Shown piece after piece: positions 8,285 through 17,137 of a stretch of 64,000 bases of DNA. Both the position numbers and the translations under genes were made by a program. Under the pieces are notes generated by a model, which worked only from the letters and a program-made list of their open reading frames with translations, ran no database searches and had not been told where the DNA came from. Source of the stretch: an uncultured Gammaproteobacteria bacterium (GTDB lineage Bacteria; Patescibacteriota; Patescibacteriia; SG8-24; DYFX01); the NCBI GenBank assembly GCA_964404275.1, contig CAYOJH010000001.1, forward strand, positions 41,512 through 105,511, in the 5' to 3' direction. The number at the start of each line of letters is the position of its first letter. The stretch's first letter is position 1.

Positions 8285-9145
8285 ATGCCCTTTCAACCGA
8301 GCACGCCGTGGGAAGTGCGCCGCGCTGCCGCCTTGGTCCGCATGACCGGACGACGCATCCGCCGGCTCGCGGAGGCCGGCAAGAAGGTGCACGTCATCTG
8401 GGACGTCGATCACGTGCTGGTCTCCGGACGGAGCGAAGACGCTTTCGGGCTTCTGAAGTTCGACGTGGAGAAATACTTCGCGCACGAAGAGCGCCTGCTC
8501 CTGGAAATCCTGGAGGACGGCCCGTGGCTGCGGCTGGCCCGCGCCTGCGGAACGCTCTTCCAATCGCAGGACGTGGTCACGGCCCGCTCCAGTTTCCTGG
8601 CGCTGCGGGTCACCTTCTTCCTGGTGCAGCATCAACTGCCGATCCGCTGGCAGCTCTTCGTCGGGCATCAATCGAAGGCGGAAAGCTACCGGATCATCCT
8701 GAAATCGTTCGAGAAAGATCCGGACATGCACGTCTTCAGCGTCGACGACGCCAAGAAGCACAATGACGCCTTCGACGCGATCGCCGCCGAGCTCGGCATG
8801 TCCGCGCGCTGCCACAGCGTGCTCGCTCCGCAGATCCGGCGCCACACGCAGGAGGATCTCGAATACGAGATCGCGCAGATCATGCGCGTGTCCGGCGCGG
8901 AGCCGAAGATCATTCCGCCGCGCGTGCACGTCGCCGGAGCGTACAACCGCTACGTGCGCGTCGTGCCCGACGCCCGCAAGATCATTTCCGACATGCTCTG
9001 GAACGGCAGCCGCCAGGCGGAAGACCGCGCCTTCATCGATCAGCACCGGGCCGCGCTCGAAAAACTGGCCGCGGAACATTTTCCGGGCCAGCCGATCACC
9101 GACGAGCTTCTCCTCGTTTTCCGCGACATGGGCATGCCGCCCTGA
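8285..9145 (+). CDS. Hypothetical protein, possibly HAD-like hydrolase fold
   Basis: ATG at 8285 preceded by aaaaggag. VHVIWDVDHVLVSG resembles a HAD motif I (DxDx[TV]) but the assignment is weak. Confidence 0.45.
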   Translation: MPFQPSTPWEVRRAAALVRMTGRRIRRLAEAGKKVHVIWDVDHVLVSGRSEDAFGLLKFDVEKYFAHEERLLLEILEDGPWLRLARACGTLFQSQDVVTARSSFLALRVTFFLVQHQLPIRWQLFVGHQSKAESYRIILKSFEKDPDMHVFSVDDAKKHNDAFDAIAAELGMSARCHSVLAPQIRRHTQEDLEYEIAQIMRVSGAEPKIIPPRVHVAGAYNRYVRVVPDARKIISDMLWNGSRQAEDRAFIDQHRAALEKLAAEHFPGQPITDELLLVFRDMGMPP

Positions 9146-9155
9146 TCGCGGTTTT

Positions 9156-10067
9156 TTATTTCTTCAAATACCTTCGCATCGAAAGCGCGGTGGCGACGAA
9201 GCTCAGGAACGTCACGGCGCCGAATTGGTAGCCGAAAATCTCGAGCCAATGCATTCGATAATAGGCGCCGATCGCCACGTCGGCGTTGAAGAAGGCGCGG
9301 GCCGACGGCTCGATCACGCCGAGCGCCGGAAAGACGAGCGCGGCCACTACGCCGAGGGAAATCAGGTTGAACAGCACCGCTTCGATCAGGAACGGCACGC
9401 GCACGAAATTGCTGGAGGCGCCGACCAGCCGCATGATCGCGATCTCTTCGCGATGGATGTAGATCGAAACGCGGATCGTGTTGAAGACGATGAGCAGCGA
9501 AATCAGCGCGAAGACCAGGCTGAGCGCCAGAGCCGCGCGCTGGACCTTGTTCGTGACGGAGGTGAGTTTTTCGATCAGGGCGCGGTGATCCTCGACGGTT
9601 TTGTCGGTCACGAGGCTCTTGATCGACGGGCTGTCGAGGGCCTGCAGGATCGGGCCGTAGCTGGCGGCGTCCTTCGCTTTGACGACCAGGACCGCGCCGA
9701 GCGGGTTGTCCCCCACTTCCTGAAGCGCGGCCAGGATGGCGGGTTGATCGGCGTGCGTCGTCTTGAATTGCGCGAGTGCCTGGTCGCGCGAGATGAATTC
9801 GACCTCCTTGACTTCCGGCAGCGAGGTCAGCTCGCCGCGCACGCCGAGGATGCGGTCGTCCGAAACGCTCGGCCCGAAATAGACGGAAATGTCGACGCGA
9901 TTCTCGATCACGTGGATGGCGGCGTCGGTGAAGAAATTGACGACGACCAGGAGGTTGAGCGACAAGTACGTCAAGATCAGGATCGAGATCGTCATGAGCG
10001 ACAAGCCCAGATTCCTCCAGAAATCCTTGAGCGCGAACTTGAAGACGCGGGTGAGAGTCGTGAACAT
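9156..10067 (-). CDS. ftsX: Cell-division ABC transporter permease FtsX
   Basis: 303 aa, N-terminal TM, large periplasmic loop, three C-terminal TM helices (FtsX-like permease domain). Lies directly downstream of ftsE. Confidence 0.85.
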   Translation of the reverse strand: MFTTLTRVFKFALKDFWRNLGLSLMTISILILTYLSLNLLVVVNFFTDAAIHVIENRVDISVYFGPSVSDDRILGVRGELTSLPEVKEVEFISRDQALAQFKTTHADQPAILAALQEVGDNPLGAVLVVKAKDAASYGPILQALDSPSIKSLVTDKTVEDHRALIEKLTSVTNKVQRAALALSLVFALISLLIVFNTIRVSIYIHREEIAIMRLVGASSNFVRVPFLIEAVLFNLISLGVVAALVFPALGVIEPSARAFFNADVAIGAYYRMHWLEIFGYQFGAVTFLSFVATALSMRRYLKK

Positions 10068-10069
10068 GG

Positions 10070-10750
10070 TCAGATCAGGTATTTGCCTTCTTCGTGGTCG
10101 GCGACGATCTCGCCGGCGTGGATCGTCAGCACGCGCTTGCGCAGCGCGTTCACGATCTCGCGGTTGTGGGTGACCATCACGACCGTTGTGCCGAACTCGT
10201 TGATCTTGCGGAAGATGTCGACGATCTCGCCCGTGTGGATCGAGTCGAGGTTGCCGGTCGGCTCGTCGGCCACGATGATCTTCGGACGATGCACGAGCGA
10301 GCGGGCGATCACGACGCGCTGTTGTTCGCCGCCGGAGAGCTGCTCCGGATAGCGCGCCTCCTTGCCGGCCAGGTTGACGATGCGCAGCACGTGCGGCACG
10401 ACTTCGCGGATGCGGCGGCCCGGCACGCCGGCGACTTCAAGAGCGAAGGCCACGTTTTCGAAAACGGTTTTCTTCGGCAGCAATTTGAAATCCTGAAAGA
10501 CGACGCCGATCTGGCGCCGCAAGCCCGGCACGTCCTTGTCGCGGATGCGCCCGATCTCCCAACCGCCGATCGCGAGCGAACCGGAGGTCGGCTTTTCCTC
10601 GGCGATCAGCAATTTCACCAGCGTCGATTTGCCGGTGCCGCTCTGTCCGACGATCGAAACGAATTCGCCGGGACGGATGTGGACGTTGACGTTTTTGACC
10701 CCGACGATGTCGGGACCGTACATCTTCGTGACGTTCTTCAGGCGGATCAT
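10070..10750 (-). CDS. ftsE: Cell-division ATP-binding protein FtsE
   Basis: MIRLKNVTKMYG..., Walker A GQSGTGKST, ABC signature LSGGEQQRVVIARSL, Walker B IIVADEPTGNLD. ATG at 10748-10750. Confidence 0.9.
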   Translation of the reverse strand: MIRLKNVTKMYGPDIVGVKNVNVHIRPGEFVSIVGQSGTGKSTLVKLLIAEEKPTSGSLAIGGWEIGRIRDKDVPGLRRQIGVVFQDFKLLPKKTVFENVAFALEVAGVPGRRIREVVPHVLRIVNLAGKEARYPEQLSGGEQQRVVIARSLVHRPKIIVADEPTGNLDSIHTGEIVDIFRKINEFGTTVVMVTHNREIVNALRKRVLTIHAGEIVADHEEGKYLI

Positions 10751-10786
10751 GCGGCCAGTATAGCACACCGGCCGCCCCGCCCGCCC

Positions 10787-12394
10787 TTACAGCCCCGAAA
10801 CGCTGACGCTTTTTACGCGCATATTCGCGATTCCCGCCTCCTGATTCCAGACCCGGAGCGCGATGCCGCCGGTCCGAAAGACGGGCTCGGTCGCCTTGCC
10901 GCTCACGACCAGCTTCCCGTTCGCGTAGCAGCTGGCCGTCGCGCCTTTGACGTCCATGCGGAAGGTCGCGTCGCTCTTGGAACCCGAGAACGCGTAAGGC
11001 GCGGTGGCGATATTGGTTTGCGCGTCCTGGACGTGGCGTTCGAGAGTCGCTTGCGCATCGGAGAAATCGCAGGCCAAGAATGTCGCGCCGTCCTGACGCC
11101 GCGCGACCAAGGACACGTCGGTGCCGGCGATCCAATCGACGTTCGCCGTGAAGGAATAGTCTTTCCAAAGCTGCGCGCCGTTCAAGGCCGCCTCCGCGCC
11201 ATTCGTGGTCGAAGGCGCGCTGAGCGAAAGCGTGCCGTTCGATTGGATCGTGCCCCAGGTGCCGACCCACTCCTGTCCGAAGCTGCTGCTGCGATACGGC
11301 AGGTCTTTCACGCGGCTGGCATCCAAAATATCCAGCAACGCTTTTCCGCTGCCGAGCGTGCCGGGCTCGAACCGCTTGATCATGATCTGCGACGGATCGG
11401 CGTAATTGAACGCGTCGCCGTGGCTCGGCCACGTCTGGTAAAAGGCGAAGGTGTAGATGGACGGCACGACCCGCGCGATGATCGCCTGCGCGTCGGGGAA
11501 ATTCAGCGTGTCCTGTCCGAAGTCGTTGAACGGATAGGCGTAGCCGATCACGGATTGGCCGAAATCCTTTTCAAGCGTTTGCTTGGAAAGCGTCAGATCG
11601 TTCGTGATGCGTGTCGTGAATTCGTCCGCCGTTTCCAAACGACCCGCCTTCGGCAGCCAGAACAGATTGCTCAAGAAGTGGCCTTTGGCCGTCGCGCCGC
11701 TCGAGGTGCGAATGTCGTACATCCGGTGATCCTCTTTGCCATGGGATTCGAGATCCCATCGGCCGCTCTCTGCCATCGTCCGCAGCTCGTCTTTCGAAAG
11801 ATAGAAATTCGCAGGGACGCTGGAGGGATCGTCCGGCATCGAGAAGCCGGTGATATCGAACATGACCGCCGTGTCGCCGAGCTGCTTCAGCACGGGATCG
11901 ACGGGACCGAAGGTGTCCTTTCTGCCGTCATCGAAGGTCAGCATGAACGATTTGTCCGGCAGCTTGGCGCCGTTTTTCATGAAGGCCTTGAGCTGGGCCA
12001 TCGTAATCGTCCGCCAGCCGTCGGCCTTGAGCGCGCACATCTGGTCGACGAAGACCGAGAGCGGTGTCTGCCCTTCCTCATTGCCTTCCCCGTGATAGAG
12101 GAAGACCGGGATGGAGCGCGCGAATCCGATCGGCGGCGCGATCGCCGGAACGTCGGGACAGAGCGGCGAAGGCAGCGGCGGGACGACGATCGGCGTCGCG
12201 GGCGCTTCCGGTTCGGCCGCGACGCCGCCGGACGTGCCGCTGGCGCCCTCACCGACGGCGGCGCCCGGCGTTCCCGTGGCGCTGGACCCGACCGGCGATC
12301 CGCTCGGATTCGACCGGCGCATTGCGACGATGACGCCTCCGACAATGAGGATGGCTCCCAGGACGGCAGTGATGATTTTCGTTGAAGTGCGCAT
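10787..12394 (-). CDS. Membrane-anchored polysaccharide deacetylase family protein (NodB-homology) with C-terminal beta-rich domain
   Basis: N-terminal TM (IITAVLGAILIVGGVIVA), a Gly/Pro/Ala-rich linker, then LTFDDGRKDT (NodB motif 1 with catalytic Asp/Zn-binding Asp) and a later His-containing segment. About 535 aa. Confidence 0.7.
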   Translation of the reverse strand: MRTSTKIITAVLGAILIVGGVIVAMRRSNPSGSPVGSSATGTPGAAVGEGASGTSGGVAAEPEAPATPIVVPPLPSPLCPDVPAIAPPIGFARSIPVFLYHGEGNEEGQTPLSVFVDQMCALKADGWRTITMAQLKAFMKNGAKLPDKSFMLTFDDGRKDTFGPVDPVLKQLGDTAVMFDITGFSMPDDPSSVPANFYLSKDELRTMAESGRWDLESHGKEDHRMYDIRTSSGATAKGHFLSNLFWLPKAGRLETADEFTTRITNDLTLSKQTLEKDFGQSVIGYAYPFNDFGQDTLNFPDAQAIIARVVPSIYTFAFYQTWPSHGDAFNYADPSQIMIKRFEPGTLGSGKALLDILDASRVKDLPYRSSSFGQEWVGTWGTIQSNGTLSLSAPSTTNGAEAALNGAQLWKDYSFTANVDWIAGTDVSLVARRQDGATFLACDFSDAQATLERHVQDAQTNIATAPYAFSGSKSDATFRMDVKGATASCYANGKLVVSGKATEPVFRTGGIALRVWNQEAGIANMRVKSVSVSGL

Positions 12395-12438
12395 ACGTCT
12401 GGCTGAGACGGCGAATCGAGCCTCCGCTTACATTCGGC

Positions 12439-12462
12439 AAAAAAACCTGACGGAATGTCAGG
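12439..12462 (-). terminator. Rho-independent terminator after the tRNA-Thr/Gly pair (hairpin is flanked by runs on both strands)
   Basis: Hairpin cctgacggaatgtcagg (12446-12462) with a plus-strand A-run at 12439-12445 (minus-strand T-run) and a plus-strand T-run at 12463-12470. Confidence 0.55.
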
Positions 12463-12469
12463 TTTTTTT

Positions 12470-12545
12470 TGGAGCCACCTCGGGGAATCGAACCCCGGAC
12501 CTTTGCTTTACGAAAGCACTGCTCTACCGGCTGAGCTAAGGTGGC
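12470..12545 (-). tRNA. tRNA-Thr (anticodon CGT)
   Basis: Reverse complement GCCACCUUAGCUCAGCCGGUAGAGCAGUGCUUUCGUAAAGCAAAGGUCCGGGGUUCGAUUCCCCGAGGUGGCUCCA. Anticodon loop UUCGUAA (CGU), T-arm CGGGG-UUCGAUU-CCCCG, CCA encoded. 76 nt. Confidence 0.8.
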
Positions 12546-12546
12546 G

Positions 12547-12620
12547 TGGAGCGGGTAACGGGAATCGAACCCGTCTCTCAACCTTGGGAAGGTCGCATAC
12601 TACCGATGTACGATACCCGC
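12547..12620 (-). tRNA. tRNA-Gly (anticodon CCC)
   Basis: Reverse complement GCGGGUAUCGUACAUCGGUAGUAUGCGACCUUCCCAAGGUUGAGAGACGGGUUCGAUUCCCGUUACCCGCUCCA. Anticodon stem CGACC/GGUUG with loop UUCCCAA. Only 1 nt separates it from tRNA-Thr. 74 nt. Confidence 0.8.
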
Positions 12621-12663
12621 GCGGTCGAGCGCGCGTCAAGGGTACCGGATGCGCCCGGAAACA

Positions 12664-13656
12664 TCAATGCACGAAGATCACGATCGAGGCGGTTTTCCGC
12701 TGCGCTTCCAGATAATCGTCGAGTTGGATGGGACGGATCAGGATTTCTTCGAGCTGGACCTTCATGACCTGACCGTTTGCTTCCTGGCGCGCGGTCACGC
12801 GCAGCACGTGATAGCCGAGCGCGCTCTTCACGACGCCGCTCGTTTCGCCCGGCTTGAGCGCGAAAGCGGCCGCTTCGACTTCGGGCGGCAGAAGACCACG
12901 ACCGATCATCCCGCGTTCGCCGCCGGTCGCGGCGGCTTCCGGATCCTCGCTGTAGGCCAAGGCGACGTCGCGGAACGGCTTGCCGGCCTCAAGCTCGGCC
13001 AGCGCGGCTTCGGCTTTCTTTTTCTTTTCGGCGTTGAGCGCGTCGTCATTCCGCAGTGCCTGCGCGAGTTTCTGGCGGATCAGGAACGGATAGAGCACGC
13101 TGTTCTGGAATTCCGAAGGCCGGAGGCCGTAGAGCTGCAGCAGGGTGTTCGCGGCCTGGGCTTCGGCCTTGGCTTTGCCGGTGGCCGTGCCGAGCGAAGC
13201 CTGATCCAGGATCGTCGTGTCGTAGGCTTTCTTCACTTCGTCGCTCGTGACGGTCACGTGGTAGCGGTCGGCCAGCGAAAACGCCAGCTGATCCTTGATC
13301 AGGCGGTCGAGCACGCGCGACGTGATTTCGGCCTTCGTCGGAAAGACGGAGCCGGGCGCGGCCTGCTGCCGCTGATCATCGTAAAATTTTTGGAGCACCG
13401 CGACGTCGTCCTGGAAATCGGAGTAGCGGATGACGCGTCCCTCGACGATCGCCGCCGGATACGGCAGCACCTTGGTGACGACTTCCGCCACGCCGCCATG
13501 CCATTGGTAGCGGTACAAACCGAAACCGAAGAGCGCCAGCAGGATCGCCAGCGCGGCGGCCGCGATCCAGGCCGCGCGGCGGCGCGTCGGCTTTTTAGAG
13601 GGCGGCGGAAGGGGCGGGTTGGTTGTCGCTGGTGCGGGAGCGGGCATAGTCTTCAA
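12664..13656 (-). CDS. Peptidyl-prolyl cis-trans isomerase, PpiC/parvulin (SurA/PrsA-like), membrane-anchored
   Basis: N-terminal TM, a SurA-N-like helical region, and a C-terminal parvulin domain (FRDVALAYSEDPEAAATGGERGMIGRGLLPPEVEAAAFALKPGETSGVVKSALGYHVLRV). Confidence 0.75.
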   Translation of the reverse strand: MKTMPAPAPATTNPPLPPPSKKPTRRRAAWIAAAALAILLALFGFGLYRYQWHGGVAEVVTKVLPYPAAIVEGRVIRYSDFQDDVAVLQKFYDDQRQQAAPGSVFPTKAEITSRVLDRLIKDQLAFSLADRYHVTVTSDEVKKAYDTTILDQASLGTATGKAKAEAQAANTLLQLYGLRPSEFQNSVLYPFLIRQKLAQALRNDDALNAEKKKKAEAALAELEAGKPFRDVALAYSEDPEAAATGGERGMIGRGLLPPEVEAAAFALKPGETSGVVKSALGYHVLRVTARQEANGQVMKVQLEEILIRPIQLDDYLEAQRKTASIVIFVH

Positions 13657-14047
13657 AAGCGCGGGGATCGGCGAAATACATCCACCATTTCTTGGCGTTC
13701 GACCACCCTTCGCCGGGGCTTCGGGCGGCGGGCCCTGACGCCGCGGGAGCGGGCACGGCTTTGGTCAGGACGACGACGTGTTCGCCTTCTTTCTGCAGGC
13801 CGAGCTTCATGCGCGCTTCGCGCTCGATGAACTCCCCGCTTTCCAAGGAGGTCTGCAGCGAGGAGATTTGGAAATTCCGCACGCGCAAGCCGTCCGCCTC
13901 GTTTTTCAGATCGCGGATTTCGAGATCGATCTGACGCGCGCGCAGCGTTTCGCTCACGAAACCGGCGCCGGCGAGCAGCGAGGCGGCGGCCAGTCCGGCC
14001 ACCAGCCAGCCCAGGCGGCGTTCGGGAGAGACGGTCTTCGTGCGCAT
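13595..14047 (-). CDS. Septum formation initiator family protein (FtsB/DivIC-like)
   Basis: N-terminal TM (WLVAGLAAASLLAGAGFV), then a coiled coil (RARQIDLEIRDLKNEADGLRVRNFQISSLQTSLESGEFIEREARMKLGLQKEGEHVVVL), the FtsB/DivIC hallmark. The C-terminal tail overlaps the PPIase start; the exact stop is uncertain. Confidence 0.55.
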   Translation of the reverse strand: MRTKTVSPERRLGWLVAGLAAASLLAGAGFVSETLRARQIDLEIRDLKNEADGLRVRNFQISSLQTSLESGEFIEREARMKLGLQKEGEHVVVLTKAVPAPAASGPAARSPGEGWSNAKKWWMYFADPRAFEDYARSRTSDNQPAPSAAL

Positions 14048-14063
14048 AGGCGCCTCAATCCTA

Positions 14064-14669
14064 TCACGCGCGGTCCTCGGGAGGAAGGAGCCGGATCGTG
14101 CGGTCGATTTCGGATTTCAGCAGTCCGAGCTGGCGCGCGTCCAGCTTGGAGACCGATTGCAAAACGTCGCCGAAGCCGCCATGGGTTCCGCTTTGGAGCT
14201 CGTTGATCAGATCCTGAAGCCGATGCGGGCCGGGGATGTTTTCCATCGTCAGCGGATCCTCGTTGCCGGCCGACTCGATGAGCAGCGTGCCGTAGCGGAA
14301 GAGCGTCGGAAACAATCCGTGCACGCGATATGAAACGCGCTGGATCCGGGAATACGGCATCTCCGCCACGTGCCGGTCGAACACGCCGTGCTGATGCACG
14401 AGGATCAGGCGGCGCTCGGTGACGGCCAGGAACGAGCCCTGCCAATCCCACCAGACGCGCGAAGCGATCGAAAGTGCCACGAGCAGCGACAGGCCGATCA
14501 GCACGTAGCCGATCGTCGCCAGGCGCAAGAGCGGCACCAGGAAGACGAATGGCGCGAGCGCGAAAACGGCCGTGGCCAAGCCCGGCAGGAACAGCGTGAC
14601 AGCCGCGCGCCGCGCCACGGCCAGCAGCGTTTCGTCGTCTTTCAATCCGAGGCGTCGTTCCAGATTCAT
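14064..14669 (-). CDS. Membrane protein with bacterial PH (bPH_2/YdbT-like) domain
   Basis: Two TM helices followed by WDWQGSFLAVTERRLILVHQHGVFDRHVAEMPYSRIQRVSYRVHGLFPTLFRYGTLLIE, typical of the bPH_2 family. Confidence 0.55.
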   Translation of the reverse strand: MNLERRLGLKDDETLLAVARRAAVTLFLPGLATAVFALAPFVFLVPLLRLATIGYVLIGLSLLVALSIASRVWWDWQGSFLAVTERRLILVHQHGVFDRHVAEMPYSRIQRVSYRVHGLFPTLFRYGTLLIESAGNEDPLTMENIPGPHRLQDLINELQSGTHGGFGDVLQSVSKLDARQLGLLKSEIDRTIRLLPPEDRA

Positions 14670-14673
14670 GCGC

Positions 14674-16023
14674 TCATTGTAGCTTGCCGAGCCGCCGTCG
14701 CACCAGTTCGCGAGCGACCTTCCGTTCGTCCCAGGGCGTCATCTTGCCCCCGCGGCCGACGATCGCCTGTTCGGCGCCTTTGCCGGTCAAGAGCACGACG
14801 TCGCCCGTTCCGGCCAGCGCGATCGCTTTTTCGACGGCGGCGCGCCGGTCGTCGATCTTGAACAGCGTTTCGCCTTCTTTTTTTCCGGCTTCGATCGCGC
14901 CGGCGGCGACCTGTTCGATGATCATGCGCGGATCGTCGTCGTACGGATCCTCATTAGTGACGATCGCGATGTCGGCGTGCTCTCCGGCCAGGCGCCCCAG
15001 GATCGGGCGACGCGCGACGTCGCGTCCCCCGCCCGCCGAGCCGAGCACGTGGATGATGTTCCGATGCGGGAGGCGTTCCACTGCCGCGTAGACCTGGCGG
15101 AGGGATTCCGGCTCCGGCGCGTAATCGACGATGATCGCGAAGTCCTGGCCTTCGTCGATCCGTTCGAAGCGTCCGGGCACGTTGTCGACTTTGGCGAGCG
15201 CCTTGGCCATCGTGTCGAGCGGGATCCCTTGCGAAAGGCCGACCGAAATCGCCGCCAGCGCGTTCAGCACGTTGTAGCGTCCCGGCATCTTGATCTCGAA
15301 ACGCGTTTCGCGGACGACGAAACTCGAGCCTTCCGGATTCAGCCGCAGATCGAGCGCCTTGACGATCGCCATCGGCCAGACGACCGCGCCGGGCGGCTTG
15401 TCCGCGCCGTCGGCCAGGAAGCCGTATTTCTTGTCAGCCGCCGCGCCGAGGAAATCCAGCGCGTGTTCCGATTCCAAATTCGCGACGATCGTTTTTTTGA
15501 CGTCGCCGCGCATCGGCAGCGTCTTGCGGCCGCGCTTCGTCAGATGGCGGAAGAGCCTCAATTTGGCGTTCTTGTAATTCGAGAATCCGCCGTGCGCTTC
15601 GATATGCTCGGGAGTGAGATTCGTGAAGACAGCGACGTCGACTTCGATCCCGAGATGGCGGAATTGATCGAGGCCTTGCGAAGAGGTCTCGATCACGGCG
15701 TAGCGGCAGCCGGCTTCGGCCATGCGATGCAGCGTCTTCTGCAGGAAGAAGCGGCCCGGCATCGTCATTTTCTTCTCGTTCAGGACGTCATGCCCGGCGA
15801 TGCGAAAATTCACGGTCGAGGTCAGCCCGACCTTCTCCCCTGCTTCTTCCAAGATCCGCGCGATCAAATTGACCGTTGTGGTCTTCCCGTTGGTGCCGGT
15901 GACGCCGATCACGACCATCCGGCGCGACGGCCAGGCGTACCAAGCGGCCGCCAGATAGGCCAGCGCCCAATGGTAGGCTTGAAGCAGCGGCTTCGGCACG
16001 AATTTTTTGACGGAAGACAGCAT
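14674..16023 (-). CDS. murE: Mur ligase, MurE-type (UDP-N-acetylmuramoyl-L-alanyl-D-glutamate--2,6-diaminopimelate ligase-like)
   Basis: P-loop VIGVTGTNGKTTT, Mur ligase middle-domain motifs (TPEHIEAHGGFSNYKNAKLRLF), C-terminal domain with DYAPEP (cf. the DYAHNP motif) and RFE motif. Start chosen at MLSSVKK (16023); upstream alternatives at 16041 and 16119 are possible. Confidence 0.8.
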   Translation of the reverse strand: MLSSVKKFVPKPLLQAYHWALAYLAAAWYAWPSRRMVVIGVTGTNGKTTTVNLIARILEEAGEKVGLTSTVNFRIAGHDVLNEKKMTMPGRFFLQKTLHRMAEAGCRYAVIETSSQGLDQFRHLGIEVDVAVFTNLTPEHIEAHGGFSNYKNAKLRLFRHLTKRGRKTLPMRGDVKKTIVANLESEHALDFLGAAADKKYGFLADGADKPPGAVVWPMAIVKALDLRLNPEGSSFVVRETRFEIKMPGRYNVLNALAAISVGLSQGIPLDTMAKALAKVDNVPGRFERIDEGQDFAIIVDYAPEPESLRQVYAAVERLPHRNIIHVLGSAGGGRDVARRPILGRLAGEHADIAIVTNEDPYDDDPRMIIEQVAAGAIEAGKKEGETLFKIDDRRAAVEKAIALAGTGDVVLLTGKGAEQAIVGRGGKMTPWDERKVARELVRRRLGKLQ

Positions 16024-16117
16024 AGATACGTTCGGAAGCATAACCGTGAGTGGCGCAAATGTCGAATATCGTTTACGCTGTGGAAACAACCGCCCCCGAA
16101 CTATCGACGCCTTCATC

Positions 16118-17137
16118 ATGGAGCCGACGGCAAAGAGCAGGTTTTTTATTTTTTGGGCTTTGGCCTTCCTCGCGGCCGGCTTCGGGCTTGGATTTGTCGT
16201 CTGGGGTCCGATCCTGAATCTCGATCGCCTGGCGGCCGAAAAGAAAGGCTGCTCCTCGCATTACGCCTTCGTGAATCCGGAGCCCGATTGCGACACGCTG
16301 GTCGCGACCATCAGCCGCTTGCAGAAAGCCCAAGCCGACGCGAGCGCGCAGATCGACCTGATGCTCCGCGACGGCAAGGCCAAAAGGATTTCCGTTTTTT
16401 CGAGAGACCTCAAGACGTTTCGCTACGTCAGCGTGAACGAGCAGGATGCGTACGAACCGGCTTCCCTCCTGAAAGTTCCGCTGATGGTGGCGTATGACAA
16501 GCTGTCGGAAGTCGAGCCCGACGCGCTTTCGAAAAGCGTGACGATCGGCGATCAGGATTTGAACGGCGCCGAGGAGCTCGCCAACGCCGATCCCATGCTG
16601 TTGTCCAAGCCCGGGCAGTCCTACACGGTCGAGAACCTGATCGAACGGATGATCAAGTACTCCGACAACAACGCCACCGACGCCCTGTACAAAAACATCG
16701 ATCCCGCCTTTCTCGAACGGGTCTTGATGGATCTCGGCATCAGGATTCCCAAGCAGAACAGCATGGAGAACCGCGACTTCGTCAACACGAAAAGCTTCGC
16801 CGCAATCTTTCGAATGCTTTATAATTCTTCGTACCTCAGTCGCGATCTTTCCGAAAAGGCTTTGAGGCTCATGTCGCAAACCACGTTCGCCAAAGGCGCG
16901 CGTTCCGTCCTGCCGGACACGGTGATCGAAAAATACGGCGAACGCAGCGTCTTCGACCAGACCGGCGCGCTCCTCAATCGCGAGCTGAACGAGTGCGGCA
17001 TCGTCTATCCCAAGAGCGGGCCGTACACGTTCTGCATTTTCACGGAGGGCGGCAACTATATCGATCTGGTCGGCGTCATCCAAACGCTTTCAAAAACGCT
17101 CTACACGGACGAAACGAATGGGGGGGGTAATGGCTAG
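16118..17137 (+). CDS. Serine hydrolase with class-A beta-lactamase fold (beta-lactamase/penicillin-binding-like)
   Basis: N-terminal TM/signal (FFIFWALAFLAAGFGLGFVVWG), active-site S-x-x-K (PASLLKVP), SDN motif (YSDNNATD) and a later [KR]-[ST]-G-like region. Divergent from murE. Confidence 0.6.
   Translation: MEPTAKSRFFIFWALAFLAAGFGLGFVVWGPILNLDRLAAEKKGCSSHYAFVNPEPDCDTLVATISRLQKAQADASAQIDLMLRDGKAKRISVFSRDLKTFRYVSVNEQDAYEPASLLKVPLMVAYDKLSEVEPDALSKSVTIGDQDLNGAEELANADPMLLSKPGQSYTVENLIERMIKYSDNNATDALYKNIDPAFLERVLMDLGIRIPKQNSMENRDFVNTKSFAAIFRMLYNSSYLSRDLSEKALRLMSQTTFAKGARSVLPDTVIEKYGERSVFDQTGALLNRELNECGIVYPKSGPYTFCIFTEGGNYIDLVGVIQTLSKTLYTDETNGGGNG

Noticed and set aside
10094-12385. 763-aa plus-strand ORF spanning the ftsE and deacetylase loci
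   Set aside because: It is antisense to two well-supported genes (FtsE ABC motifs, NodB motifs). Composition is typical of GC-shadow ORFs (Arg/Ala/Asp/Gly-rich).
12455-12767. Small plus-strand ORFs (86 and 73 aa) over the tRNA-Thr/tRNA-Gly region
   Set aside because: They overlap two clear minus-strand tRNA genes and are translation of tRNA sequence.
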